A stretch of DNA of 44,631 nt from Actinomycetota bacterium (GTDB lineage: Bacteria > Actinomycetota > Acidimicrobiia > Acidimicrobiales > CADCSY01), in the NCBI GenBank assembly GCA_019348555.1, contig JAHWJH010000003.1, positions 1 to 44,631 of the forward strand, given 5' to 3'. A model generated the notes under the pieces. The model was not told the origin of the DNA and did no database searches. It saw nothing but the letters and a program-made list of their open reading frames with translations. The position numbers were made by a program, and so were the translations under genes. The stretch's first letter is position 1; each line of letters opens with the position of its first letter. Positions 8,629-17,957 of this stretch are shown here, piece after piece.

Positions 8629-11478
8629 GTGGCCAAGCCCCTCGTGATCGTCGAGTCGCCGGCCAAGGCCCGCACCATCGCCGGGTTCTTGGGAAGCGAC
8701 TACGTGGTCGAATCGTCGATCGGCCACATCCGCGACCTCCCCCGCTCGGCCGCCGAGGTCCCGGCCGATCTGAAGGGTGAGCCGTGGGCCCGGTTGGGCA
8801 TCGACGTCGAGAACGACTTCAAGCCCCTCTACGTCGTCCCGAGGGAGAAGAAGGAGCAGGTGGCGAAGCTCCGCCGGCTGCTCAAGGGGGCGAGCGAGGT
8901 CTACCTCGCCACGGACGAGGATCGTGAAGGGGAGGCCATCGCCTGGCATCTGCGTGAGGTGCTCGCTCCCAAGGTTCCGGTGCGGCGAATGGTGTTCCAC
9001 GAGATCACCCGCAGTGCCATCGAGCGGGCCATCGCCGAGCCCCGGGAGCTCGATCTCCGGCGCATCGACGCCCAGGAGACCCGCCGGATCCTCGACCGCC
9101 TCTACGGCTACGAGGTCAGTCCGGTGCTGTGGAAGAAGGTGATGACCGGCCTGTCCGCCGGTCGGGTGCAGAGCGTGGCCACCCGCATGGTGGTCGAGCG
9201 CGAGCGCGCCCGCATGCGGTTCCGCTCGGCCTCCTGGTGGGGGATCGAGGGCACCTTCGCCGCTGGAGCGGCTGGTCCGGCGTCGTCGTCGCAGTTCGAC
9301 GCCGCCCTCGTCGCCCTCGACGGCAGGCGCCTGGCCACCGGGCGCGACTTCTCCGAGTCCGGTGAGGTGGTGAGCGCCGAGGTGGTGGTGCTCGACGAGG
9401 CATCAGCGCAGGCGCTTTCGGCCGACCTCGACGGCGCCGCCTTCGCCGTGCGCTCGGTCGAGCGCAAGCCCTACCGCCGTCGCCCGGCGCCGCCGTTCAT
9501 GACCTCCACCCTCCAGCAGGAGGCCGGCCGAAAGTTGCGCATGTCGTCGGCGCAGGCCATGCGCTCCGCTCAGCGGCTCTACGAGGGCGGCTACATCACC
9601 TACATGCGAACCGACAGCACCACGCTGTCCGACACCGCCCTGTCGGCTGCGAGAGCCGAGATCGCCGAGCGCTACGGGCGCGAGTACGTCCCCGAGGCGC
9701 CCCGGCGCTACGTCACGAAGTCGAAGTCGGCCCAGGAGGCCCATGAGGCGATCCGCCCCGCCGGCGACACCTTCCGGGCGCCCGAGCGCGTGGCCGCTGA
9801 GCTCAGCGGTGCCGAAGCCAGGCTCTACGAGCTCATCTGGCAGCGCACCCTGGCCTCGCAGATGCCCGATGCCATCGGCGAGACGGTGACCGTGCGCCTG
9901 GGGGCGACCTCGGCGTCGGGCAGGGACGCCGAGTTCGCGGTGAGCGGGACCGTGATCACGTTCCCCGGCTTCCAGCGGGTCTACGTCGAGAGCTCGGACA
10001 ACGAGACCGATGGCGCCGAGGAGCAGCGCCTTCCGCCGCTGGCCGAGGGCGATCCGACCACGGCGCTCGACCTGCGCACCGCCGGCCACGAGACCTCACC
10101 GCCGGCTCGCTACACCGAGGCCTCGCTGGTGAAGCGCCTCGAGGAGCTGGGCGTCGGCCGGCCGTCGACCTACGCCAGCATCATCGGGACGATCCAGGAC
10201 CGCGGCTACGTGTGGAAGAAGGGCAGCGCCCTGGTGCCGTCGTTCACCGCCTTCGCCGTGGTGACCCTGCTGGAGCGCCACTTCAGCGACCTGGTCGACT
10301 ACGCCTTCACCGCCCGCATGGAGGATTGCCTCGACGAGATCGCCGCCGGCAGCGAGAGCTCCCTGCCGTGGCTGTCGCGCTTCTATTTCGGCACCGACGG
10401 CGGCGCCGATGCCGCACCGGACAGCGACGGCCGAGCCGTTCCGGAGGGGCTTCGCCGGATGGTCTCGGAGCACCTGGGCGAGATCGACGCCCGGGAGGTG
10501 AACTCCATTCCTCTCGGTGTCGACGACGAGGGCCGGGAGGTGGTGGGACGAGTCGGCCGCTACGGCCCCTACGTGCAGCGCGGTGAAGAGACCGCCGGCA
10601 TCCCCGAGGATCTGGCGCCCGACGAGCTGACCGTGGACAAGGCGCTCGAGCTGCTCGCCGCTCCCAGCGGCGACCGGGTGCTCGGCGAGGATCCGGTCAC
10701 CGGCCTGCCTGTGCTGGCTCGCGCCGGGCGCTACGGGCCCTACGTCCAGCTCGGCGAGGTGGTCGAGGGGTCGACCGACAAACCCCGTACCGCGTCGCTG
10801 TTCACGTCGATGAGCCTCGACACCATCGGGCTCGACGACGCTCTGCGTCTCTTGACCCTGCCGAGGGTGGTGGGGGTCGATCCCACCGACGGGCAGGAGA
10901 TCACCGCCCAGAACGGCCGCTACGGGCCCTACGTGAAGAAGGGCAGCGACAGCCGCAGCCTGGCGTCGGAGGAGGAGCTGTTCACCACCACGCTCGACGA
11001 CGCCCTCAAGCTCTTCGCCGAGCCCAAGCGGGGCCGGGGGCAGGGCCGCGCCGCTCCGCCGCTGCGTGAGCTCGGCGACGACCCGGTCTCGGGCAAGCCC
11101 GTCGTGCTCAAGGAGGGGCGATTCGGGCCCTACGTCACCGACGGCGAGACCAACGCCTCCTTGCGCAAGGGAGACACCATCGAGGGCATCACCGCCGAGC
11201 GGGCAGCCGAGCTGCTGGCCGACCGCCGGGCGAGGGAGCCGGTCCCCAAGCGGGCCAAGAAGTCCGGGGCCAAGACGTCCGCGTCCAAGAAGGCGACCGC
11301 CAAGAAGGCCACCGCCAACAAGAAGGCGACCGCCAACAAGAAGGGCGCCACCAAGAAGGTGGCCGGCAAGAAGTCGGCGACGAAGAAGTCGGCGGCCAGG
11401 ACCTCAGCGGCGACCAAGAGGCCCGGCACCACGGCGGCGGCGAAAAAGAGGCTGGACAAGGCGGCGGCGCCGAGCTGA
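8629..11478 (+). CDS. topA: DNA topoisomerase I, actinobacterial type with C-terminal repeats and Lys-rich tail
   Basis: LVIVESPAKA, GHIRDL, LATDEDREGE, SAGRVQS, YITYMRTD, AQEAHEAIRP, GRPSTY, four GR(Y/F)GPYV repeats. GTG start at 8629. Confidence 0.97.
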   Translation: MAKPLVIVESPAKARTIAGFLGSDYVVESSIGHIRDLPRSAAEVPADLKGEPWARLGIDVENDFKPLYVVPREKKEQVAKLRRLLKGASEVYLATDEDREGEAIAWHLREVLAPKVPVRRMVFHEITRSAIERAIAEPRELDLRRIDAQETRRILDRLYGYEVSPVLWKKVMTGLSAGRVQSVATRMVVERERARMRFRSASWWGIEGTFAAGAAGPASSSQFDAALVALDGRRLATGRDFSESGEVVSAEVVVLDEASAQALSADLDGAAFAVRSVERKPYRRRPAPPFMTSTLQQEAGRKLRMSSAQAMRSAQRLYEGGYITYMRTDSTTLSDTALSAARAEIAERYGREYVPEAPRRYVTKSKSAQEAHEAIRPAGDTFRAPERVAAELSGAEARLYELIWQRTLASQMPDAIGETVTVRLGATSASGRDAEFAVSGTVITFPGFQRVYVESSDNETDGAEEQRLPPLAEGDPTTALDLRTAGHETSPPARYTEASLVKRLEELGVGRPSTYASIIGTIQDRGYVWKKGSALVPSFTAFAVVTLLERHFSDLVDYAFTARMEDCLDEIAAGSESSLPWLSRFYFGTDGGADAAPDSDGRAVPEGLRRMVSEHLGEIDAREVNSIPLGVDDEGREVVGRVGRYGPYVQRGEETAGIPEDLAPDELTVDKALELLAAPSGDRVLGEDPVTGLPVLARAGRYGPYVQLGEVVEGSTDKPRTASLFTSMSLDTIGLDDALRLLTLPRVVGVDPTDGQEITAQNGRYGPYVKKGSDSRSLASEEELFTTTLDDALKLFAEPKRGRGQGRAAPPLRELGDDPVSGKPVVLKEGRFGPYVTDGETNASLRKGDTIEGITAERAAELLADRRAREPVPKRAKKSGAKTSASKKATAKKATANKKATANKKGATKKVAGKKSATKKSAARTSAATKRPGTTAAAKKRLDKAAAPS
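11287..11352 (+). repeat. Imperfect 15-18 bp tandem repeat encoding KKATA(N) in the TopA tail
   Basis: aagaaggcgaccgcc / aagaaggccaccgccaac / aagaaggcgaccgccaac / aagaagggcgccacc. Confidence 0.8.
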
Positions 11479-11526
11479 CAGCGCGTCGTGAGAGGTGATG
11501 GGCTGGCCATGGCCTACGGTGGCCCG

Positions 11527-12354
11527 GTGGAGCGTCCTGCGACCCATCAGGTGCCCGCCGGGCCGGCCCACGCATCGCCGCCGCCTCCCGAGCCCGACCG
11601 GCCGATACCTCCTGAACCGAGCCATGCCGAGCGCGCTCGGACCCTCGTGGCCGGAGGGAACCGGGGCACGCTGTGCACGTTGGCGGCCGATCCCGCCGGC
11701 TACCCGTTCGGCTCGGTGGTGACCTATGCCATGGCCGACGACGGGTCGCCCCTGTTCTTCGTCAGCCTCATGGCCGAGCACACCCAGAACGCCGAGCACG
11801 ATCGGCGTGCCAGCCTGCTCGTCGCCGAAGCGGTGGCAGACGGTGACGATCCCCTGGCCTCGGGCCGGGTCACGCTGTTGGGCGACCTGCACCGGGTGGC
11901 CGATGCCGAGGTCGGGCCGGTTCGCGACCGGTACCTGGCGGCGAATCCCAGCGCCGCCTACTACATCGACTTCGGCGACTTCTGCTTCTACCGGCTGGCG
12001 CTGCGGGCGGTCCGCTACGTCGGCGGCTACGGGCGGATGAGCTGGGTCGACGCCGGCGCCTTCGTGGAGGCCACGCCCGATCCTCTCGCCACCTCCGCTG
12101 CGGCCATCGTTGCCCACATGAACGCCGACCACGCCGAGGCCCTCGTGCTGATGTGCCGCCACCAGGGCGCCCGGCCCGACACGACGGAGGCCACGATGTC
12201 GGCCGTCGACCGCTACGGCTTCGAGGTGGTGGCGTCGGGACCCGGCGGCCGGTCGGGGGTGCGCCTGGGGTTCCCACGCCCGCTCGCCTCGCCGGAGGAG
12301 GTGCGAGCGGCCATGGTGGCCATGGTCAGGGAAGCTCGCGGCGCCGGCGTTTGA
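11527..12354 (+). CDS. HugZ-like split-barrel (PNPOx-like) protein with DUF2470-like C-terminal domain
   Basis: GYPFGSVV, SLMAEHTQN, RVTLLG, FGDF, VGGYGRMSWV, AHMNADH, DRYGF. Likely GTG start at 11527 with TACGGT 6 nt upstream. Confidence 0.8.
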   Translation: MERPATHQVPAGPAHASPPPPEPDRPIPPEPSHAERARTLVAGGNRGTLCTLAADPAGYPFGSVVTYAMADDGSPLFFVSLMAEHTQNAEHDRRASLLVAEAVADGDDPLASGRVTLLGDLHRVADAEVGPVRDRYLAANPSAAYYIDFGDFCFYRLALRAVRYVGGYGRMSWVDAGAFVEATPDPLATSAAAIVAHMNADHAEALVLMCRHQGARPDTTEATMSAVDRYGFEVVASGPGGRSGVRLGFPRPLASPEEVRAAMVAMVREARGAGV

Positions 12355-12434
12355 CGGTCCGGGAGCCGTCCGTGGGTCGGGCTCGGAGGTAGGCACCTCC
12401 TGACCGTCGACACCCCCTGGCTACGCTGGCGCCC

Positions 12435-13913
12435 GTGGCTGGTCGCCCAACGGAGCAGGGCCTTCCGCACCCGAGCCGCCCGCCGTCGGATCGAGCCGGG
12501 ATGACCGGCGACATGTCCGGCGTCTCCGACGTCCCCACCCGCAAGGTGCGGCAGGTCGAGAAGCCGGCGCAGCCGACGGCCACGGTGCGGCTGTTCGGGT
12601 CGCACGACTTCTTCCGCCTGTGGCTGGCGCAGGTGGTGTCGGCACTGGGCGACTGGATCGGGTTCTTCGCCATCGTGGCCATCGCCGCTCGCATCGGAGG
12701 CTCGTCGTCGGGCGCGGCCATCGGCGTGGTGATGACCGCCCGCATCCTGCCGGGGCTGTTCCTCGCCCCGGTGGCTGGGGTGTTGCTCGACCGCTGGGAC
12801 CGCAAGCGGGTGATGGTCGGCTGCGACGTCGGCCGAGGCCTGGTCTTGGTGTCGCTCCCGTTCGTCACCACCTTGCCTCAGCTGGTCGTGGTGTCGCTGC
12901 TGCTCGAGATCCTCACGGTGATGTGGTCGCCGGCCAAGGAGGCGGAGGTTCCCAACCTGGTTCCGTCGGCCCACCTGGCCACTGCCAACTCACTGTCGCT
13001 GGTGGCGGCCTACGGCACCATTCCCGTCGCCGCCGCCATCTTCGCTGCGCTCGTGAAGCTGTCCGGGGTGCTCGCCGGCAACGGATCCCTTGCCTTCCTC
13101 AGGCTGAACGACGCGTCGCTGGCGGTCTACTTCGACGTGTTGACGTTCTTCCTCTCGGCGGTGCTGATCTCCACGCTGCGCCTGACCCGTCGCCCCAAGG
13201 ACGCCGCCACCACCGACGGCAGGAGGATCGACTTCAGCCAGACCTTCGACGAGTTCAAGGAGGGGTGGCGCTTCATCGCCGTCAACCGCAGGGTCTCCGC
13301 CGTCATGGTGGGCCTCGGTGCCGGCCTCATCGGCGGCGGCATGCTGGTGCCGCTGGGCCCGTTGTTCACCGAGCAGGTGCTCGGTGGTGGGACGGCCGGC
13401 TTCGGGTTGGTGGTGTTCTCCCTCGGCACGGGCGTGGCGGTCGGGGTCTCGGTCGTGTCGGTCGTCCAGAACCGGCTGCACAAGCCCCGGGCGTTCAGCC
13501 TGGCCGTCCTCGCCGCCGGCGCTTCGCTGCTGCTGGGAGCGTCGATGTCGACGCTCATCCCCGCCCTGGTGCTCGTGGGCTGCCTGGGTGGGGCTGCCGG
13601 CGTCGCCTACGTGCTCGGCTTCACCGTGCTGCAGGAGAGCGTGTCCGACGACATCCGGGGACGGACCTTCACCGCCCTCTACACCGTGGTGCGCCTGTGC
13701 CTCATCATCTCCTTCGCCGTCGGTCCCTTCCTGTCCACCGCACTCGGCGGTCTGGCCGGCCGGCTGGTGGGTGACGCGGTGTCGGTGGGAGGGTTCAAGA
13801 TCAGCATCCCCGGGGTGCGCCTCACGCTGTGGTTGGCGGCCGCCATCATCGTCGTCGCCGGCGCCCTGGCCGGCCGCGTGCTGCGCGAGCCCGCCGATCA
13901 CGAGCAGCGGTGA
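12435..13913 (+). CDS. MFS transporter
   Basis: FFRLWLAQVVSALGDW, MFS motif A (GVLLDRWDRKRVM), many TM segments, DDIRGRTF. TACGCT 7 nt upstream of the GTG. Confidence 0.88.
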   Translation: MAGRPTEQGLPHPSRPPSDRAGMTGDMSGVSDVPTRKVRQVEKPAQPTATVRLFGSHDFFRLWLAQVVSALGDWIGFFAIVAIAARIGGSSSGAAIGVVMTARILPGLFLAPVAGVLLDRWDRKRVMVGCDVGRGLVLVSLPFVTTLPQLVVVSLLLEILTVMWSPAKEAEVPNLVPSAHLATANSLSLVAAYGTIPVAAAIFAALVKLSGVLAGNGSLAFLRLNDASLAVYFDVLTFFLSAVLISTLRLTRRPKDAATTDGRRIDFSQTFDEFKEGWRFIAVNRRVSAVMVGLGAGLIGGGMLVPLGPLFTEQVLGGGTAGFGLVVFSLGTGVAVGVSVVSVVQNRLHKPRAFSLAVLAAGASLLLGASMSTLIPALVLVGCLGGAAGVAYVLGFTVLQESVSDDIRGRTFTALYTVVRLCLIISFAVGPFLSTALGGLAGRLVGDAVSVGGFKISIPGVRLTLWLAAAIIVVAGALAGRVLREPADHEQR

Positions 13914-14533
13914 GGGGTCGCCTGGTCGTCCTCGAAGGCGGTGAGGCCTGCGGGAAGTCCACCCAGGCGGCTCGCCTGGCCGAACGGCTCGGAGCGGTGC
14001 TGACCCGGGAGCCGGGCGGCACGGTGGTGGGCGAGCGCATCCGCGATCTGGTGCTCGACCCTGTCGCTGCCGGCATCGTGCCCAGGGCGGAGGCGCTCCT
14101 CATGGCCGCCGCTCGGGCCCAGCACGTCGCCGAGGTGGTGGAGCCGGCGCTCGCCAGCGGCCGCCACGTGGTGAGCGACCGCTTCACCGGCTCCTCGCTC
14201 GCCTACCAGGGCCACGGTCGGGGGCTGTCGGTCGACGACCTGCGCTCGCTGTCGCACTTCGCCACCGGTGGGCTGGAGGCCGACGTCGTCGTGCTGCTCC
14301 AGCTCGATCCCGTGCAGGCAGCCGCCCGACGCCACCGTCGGCCCGACCGGATGGAAGCCGCCGGGACGGCCTTCCACCGCCGTGTCGGCGAGGGGTTCGC
14401 CGCCCTGGCCGCCGCTGACCCGGGGCGCTGGGTGGCTGTCGACGGCGCCGGTACCGAGGACGAGGTGGCCGAGCGGGTGTGGTCGGCGGTGCGGTCCCGC
14501 CTGCTCGACCCCACCGAGGCGACGAAGGGGTGA
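13910..14533 (+). CDS. tmk: Thymidylate kinase
   Basis: LEGGEACGKST P-loop, TREPGGT, ARAQHV, SDRF, AYQG. GTGA overlap with the MFS stop. Confidence 0.95.
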   Translation: MRGRLVVLEGGEACGKSTQAARLAERLGAVLTREPGGTVVGERIRDLVLDPVAAGIVPRAEALLMAAARAQHVAEVVEPALASGRHVVSDRFTGSSLAYQGHGRGLSVDDLRSLSHFATGGLEADVVVLLQLDPVQAAARRHRRPDRMEAAGTAFHRRVGEGFAALAAADPGRWVAVDGAGTEDEVAERVWSAVRSRLLDPTEATKG

Positions 14534-15618
14534 CGCCGACGACGAGCGAGGCCACCGACGTCTTCGCCGGCATCGTCGGACAGCCGGAGCTGGTGACCCA
14601 GCTGCGGGCCGCCGCCGCCCGGCCCGTGCACGCCTACCTTCTCGTCGGCCCGCCGGGGGCGGGTACCGCCAGCGCCGCCCGTGCCTTCGCCGCCGCCTTG
14701 CTGTGCCACAACGGCGGCTGCGGCCGGTGCCGGAACTGCCGGCTGGTGCTGGCCGGGGCCCACCCCGACGCCACCACCTTCGTGCCGGAAGGGGCCTTCC
14801 TGCGGGTCAGCGACGCCGAGGAGATCACCAGGATGGCCATGCGCAGCCCGGTCGAGGGCCGTCGCAAGGTGCTGGTGCTGGCCGACTTCCACCGGGTCCA
14901 AAAGGTCGGCCCGGCTCTGCTCAAGACCATCGAGGAGCCTCCGCCGAGCACGGTGTTCGTGGTGCTGGCCGACAGCGTGCCGACCGAGCTGGTGACCATC
15001 GCCTCCCGCTGCGTGCGCATCGACGTGGCTCCCCTCGGCGTTGCCACCCTGGCCGGAATCCTCGTCGCCGAAGGCGTCGAGGCCGATGCCGCTCGCACCG
15101 CAGCCGACGCTGCCGGGGGCAACCTCGACCGCGCCCGGCTCCTGGCGTCGGACGTCGGCCTGGCCGCCCGGCGGGAGGCATGGTGGCGGGTGCCCGAGCG
15201 CCTCGACGGCACCGGCGCCGCCGTTGCCGTGGTCGTCGCCGAGCTGATGGCGCTGGTGGAAGCGGCCGCCGAGCCGCTGCGCCGCGCCCAGGCCGAGGCG
15301 CTGGCCGAGCTGGCCTCTGACCTGGCGGCCGCAGGCGGTCGGGGCGGCGGTCGAGCGGGCATGGAGGCGGCGCACAAGCGGGCGCTTCGTCGCCACCGCG
15401 CCGACGAGCTGCGCTTCGGCCTCGCCACCCTGGGCGCCCGGTACCGCCACGAGCTGGACCCCGCCCCCCTCGATGCGGGTGCGCTCGCCGCTCCGGTGGC
15501 CGCCATCGACGCCATCGTCGACGCCGCCCGGGCCCTGGTCCGCAACCCCAACGAGCAGCTGCTGCTCCAAGCCCTGTTCTTGAGGCTCCCGCCTCTGGAA
15601 AGCACCGCTCGGAGCTAA
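14530..15618 (+). CDS. holB: DNA polymerase III delta' subunit
   Basis: VHAYLLVGPPG, Zn motif CHNGGCGRCRNC, HPD, LLKTIEEPP, TIASRC. Follows tmk with a GTGA overlap. Confidence 0.88.
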   Translation: MTPTTSEATDVFAGIVGQPELVTQLRAAAARPVHAYLLVGPPGAGTASAARAFAAALLCHNGGCGRCRNCRLVLAGAHPDATTFVPEGAFLRVSDAEEITRMAMRSPVEGRRKVLVLADFHRVQKVGPALLKTIEEPPPSTVFVVLADSVPTELVTIASRCVRIDVAPLGVATLAGILVAEGVEADAARTAADAAGGNLDRARLLASDVGLAARREAWWRVPERLDGTGAAVAVVVAELMALVEAAAEPLRRAQAEALAELASDLAAAGGRGGGRAGMEAAHKRALRRHRADELRFGLATLGARYRHELDPAPLDAGALAAPVAAIDAIVDAARALVRNPNEQLLLQALFLRLPPLESTARS

Positions 15619-15631
15619 CCTCGCCGCGTCC

Positions 15632-15707
15632 GCCCGGGTAGCTCAGACGGCAGAGCGACGCTCTCGTAAAGCGTAGGTCAGGGGTTCGATTCCCCTCTCG
15701 GGCTCCA
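15632..15707 (+). tRNA. tRNA-Thr (anticodon CGT), CCA encoded
   Basis: GCCCGGGTAGCTCAGACGGCAGAGCGACGCTCTCGTAAAGCGTAGGTCAGGGGTTCGATTCCCCTCTCGGGCTCCA; anticodon arm ACGCT-CTCGTAA-AGCGT. TAACCT (-10-like) at 15616-15621. Confidence 0.95.
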
Positions 15708-16321
15708 TGGCCGACCCCTCCGAGTTCAGCGACCAGGCGATGGAGTTCATGCCGTCGCTCTACTCGGCGGCGATGCGCATGACCCGCAACCCGTCGGACG
15801 CCGAAGATCTGGTGCAGGAGACCTACCTTCGGGCCTTCCGCGGCTTCGGCGGCTTCCGGCAGGGCACCAACCTCAAAGCCTGGCTCTACCGCATCCTGAC
15901 CAACACCTACATCAACCGCTACCGGGCCAAGCAACGACGCCCCGACGAGAGCAGCCTCGACGACGTGGAGGACTTCTACCTCTACCGCCGCCTGGGCGGG
16001 TTGGAGGGCGCCAGCGCCAGCCGCAGCGCCGAGGACGAGCTGCTCGAGCTCTTCAGCGAGGCCGAAGTCAAGGACGCGGTGGAGTCGCTCCCCGAGCAGT
16101 TCCGCATCGCCGTGCTGCTGGCCGACGTCGAAGGCTTCTCGTACAAGGAGATCGCCGAGATCCTCGACATCCCCATGGGCACCGTCATGAGCCGGATCCA
16201 TCGCGGAAGAAAGGGCTTGCAGAAGAGGTTGTACGACTTCGCCGCCCGGCGACGACTGGTCGACGAGCCCGCCGCCCAGCCGATCCAGGGCGTCGAGCAG
16301 GAGGAAGCCACCCGTGGATGA
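15707..16321 (+). CDS. sigR: ECF sigma factor, SigR/SigH type
   Basis: [73 protein letters not shown]. Followed by a ZAS anti-sigma gene. Confidence 0.9.
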   Translation: MADPSEFSDQAMEFMPSLYSAAMRMTRNPSDAEDLVQETYLRAFRGFGGFRQGTNLKAWLYRILTNTYINRYRAKQRRPDESSLDDVEDFYLYRRLGGLEGASASRSAEDELLELFSEAEVKDAVESLPEQFRIAVLLADVEGFSYKEIAEILDIPMGTVMSRIHRGRKGLQKRLYDFAARRRLVDEPAAQPIQGVEQEEATRG

Positions 16322-16616
16322 CCAGGACAGCTCCGAGCGACCGCTCCCCCGACTCGACCCGGGCGATCTCGCCCCTGGTGCCGAGTGCCGGGAGTCCCTG
16401 ACCGAGCTGTACGGCTTCCTCGACGGGGAGCTGACCGTCGAGCGCCGGCGGCTGATCCAACTGCACCTCGAGGACTGCCACGGATGCCTGGAGGCCTACG
16501 ACTTCGAGGCCGAGCTGCGCATCGTGGTGTCCATGTGCTGTCGGGAGAATGAGCTCCCGGCGGGCCTGTTGGAGCGTGTCGCCGAAGCGCTGCGCCAGCT
16601 TCCCGACGCCGACTGA
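16314..16616 (+). CDS. rsrA: Zinc-binding anti-sigma factor, RsrA/RshA type
   Basis: C...LYGFLDGEL...HLEDCHGC (HxxxCxxC), then CC...PAGL. 8-nt overlap with the sigma gene. Confidence 0.85.
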   Translation: MDDQDSSERPLPRLDPGDLAPGAECRESLTELYGFLDGELTVERRRLIQLHLEDCHGCLEAYDFEAELRIVVSMCCRENELPAGLLERVAEALRQLPDAD

Positions 16617-16702
16617 GCGTCGGGCGAGGGGCCGCCACGCCTCGGTCGCCGTCCGAGGTGCCCGGCAGGGTCGTCGAGAACCGGCTGGCCTACGATGGCG
16701 GG

Positions 16703-16864
16703 ATGGATCCGACGCTTGCTCCGGTGCTGGCCGCCAAGGTCTGGCACTACTGGATCGCCGTCCCCCTCGCCGGCGGGGGGCTGCTGCTCCTGGCGGCGAC
16801 GGTGGCGGGCTACCTGCGCAAGGTGCAGGCGCTCAAGTACCCCAGGGGCCACGACGATGGTTGA
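16703..16864 (+). CDS. Small single-TM membrane protein (53 aa)
   Basis: MDPTLAPVLAAKVWHYWIAVPLAGGGLLLLAATVAGYLRKVQALKYPRGHDDG. TACGAT 6 nt upstream of the ATG; stop overlaps the next start. Confidence 0.55.
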   Translation: MDPTLAPVLAAKVWHYWIAVPLAGGGLLLLAATVAGYLRKVQALKYPRGHDDG

Positions 16865-17957
16865 GGCCGTCGGCTGGGACATCGCCGAGAAGGTGGGGAC
16901 CCGCCTGGCGAACAGGGTCGGCAGTGGCGACACCTCTGCGAGGACCTACCGGCCCGATCTCCTCGTCGCCGACTTCGAGGAGCTGACCGCCGAAGCCGAG
17001 GGCCTCGTCGCCGAGGCCACCGGGTTGGTGTCGCTGTCGGGGCCGGCCCGAGCCCGGGTCACCGACCGGGCAGGGTGGGTCCGAGCCAACCTGGCTTCGT
17101 TCCGCCGGATGCTGGCGCCCCTCACCGATCGGCTCGCCGACCGCATGCCCAAGAGCGCCGCCGCGGCCAGCGCCACCCGGGCCATCACCGGGGTAGAGGT
17201 CGGAACCCTGCTCGGCTGGATGTCGACGCGGGTGCTCGGCCAGTACGACCTGCTCCTCGTCGACGACGACACCGCCGTCGACCAGGACCTCGTCTACTAC
17301 GTCGGGCCCAACGTCGTCGCCCTCGAGCAGCGCTTCGGCTTCCCTCCGAGGGAGTTCCGGCTCTGGCTGGCGCTGCACGAGGTGACGCATCGGGCGCAGT
17401 TCACCGGCGTGCCCTGGCTGCGCGGTCACTTTCTGTCGCTGGTGGAGGGCAGCCTCGGAAGCATCGAACCCGATCCCAAGCGCTTCATGTCGGCCCTGCG
17501 CCGTGCGGTCGACGAGGTCAAGGCCGGTCGGAACCCTCTCGACGAGGGTGGGCTGGTCGCGCTCCTGGCCACCCCGGAGCAACAGGAGCTGCTGGGTCGG
17601 ATCGGAGGCCTGATGAGCCTGCTCGAGGGCCATGGCGACGTCACCATGAACCGCGCCGGCGCCGACCGCATCCCGTCCGCCCCCCGCTTCGGTCGTGTGC
17701 TGCACCAGCGCCGGACCCAGGTGTCGGCGCCCGCCCGGCTGGTGCAGAAGCTGATCGGTCTCGACGCCAAGCTCAAGCAGTACGAGCAGGGCGAGCGTTT
17801 CATCGAAGCCGTCGAGGCCGAAGGCGGTGACGACTACCTCGCCACGGTGTGGGAAGGCCCCGAGCGTCTGCCGACGCTGGCCGAGATCCGCGACCCGGCG
17901 GCGTGGATGCGCCGCGTCGGCGCCCCCGTGCCCGGAGGAGCCGCTGCGGCCAGCTGA
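16857..17957 (+). CDS. Zinc-dependent metalloprotease-like protein (DUF2342 type)
   Basis: DRAGWVRAN, RVLGQYD, WLALHEVTHRAQF (HExxH), MSLLEGHGDV, KLKQYEQG, LPTLAEI. Usual position upstream of tilS-hpt-ftsH. Confidence 0.85.
   Translation: MVEAVGWDIAEKVGTRLANRVGSGDTSARTYRPDLLVADFEELTAEAEGLVAEATGLVSLSGPARARVTDRAGWVRANLASFRRMLAPLTDRLADRMPKSAAAASATRAITGVEVGTLLGWMSTRVLGQYDLLLVDDDTAVDQDLVYYVGPNVVALEQRFGFPPREFRLWLALHEVTHRAQFTGVPWLRGHFLSLVEGSLGSIEPDPKRFMSALRRAVDEVKAGRNPLDEGGLVALLATPEQQELLGRIGGLMSLLEGHGDVTMNRAGADRIPSAPRFGRVLHQRRTQVSAPARLVQKLIGLDAKLKQYEQGERFIEAVEAEGGDDYLATVWEGPERLPTLAEIRDPAAWMRRVGAPVPGGAAAAS

Noticed and set aside
11248-11460. Lys/Ala-rich repetitive TopA tail as a novelty
   Set aside because: Well-known feature of actinobacterial TopA.
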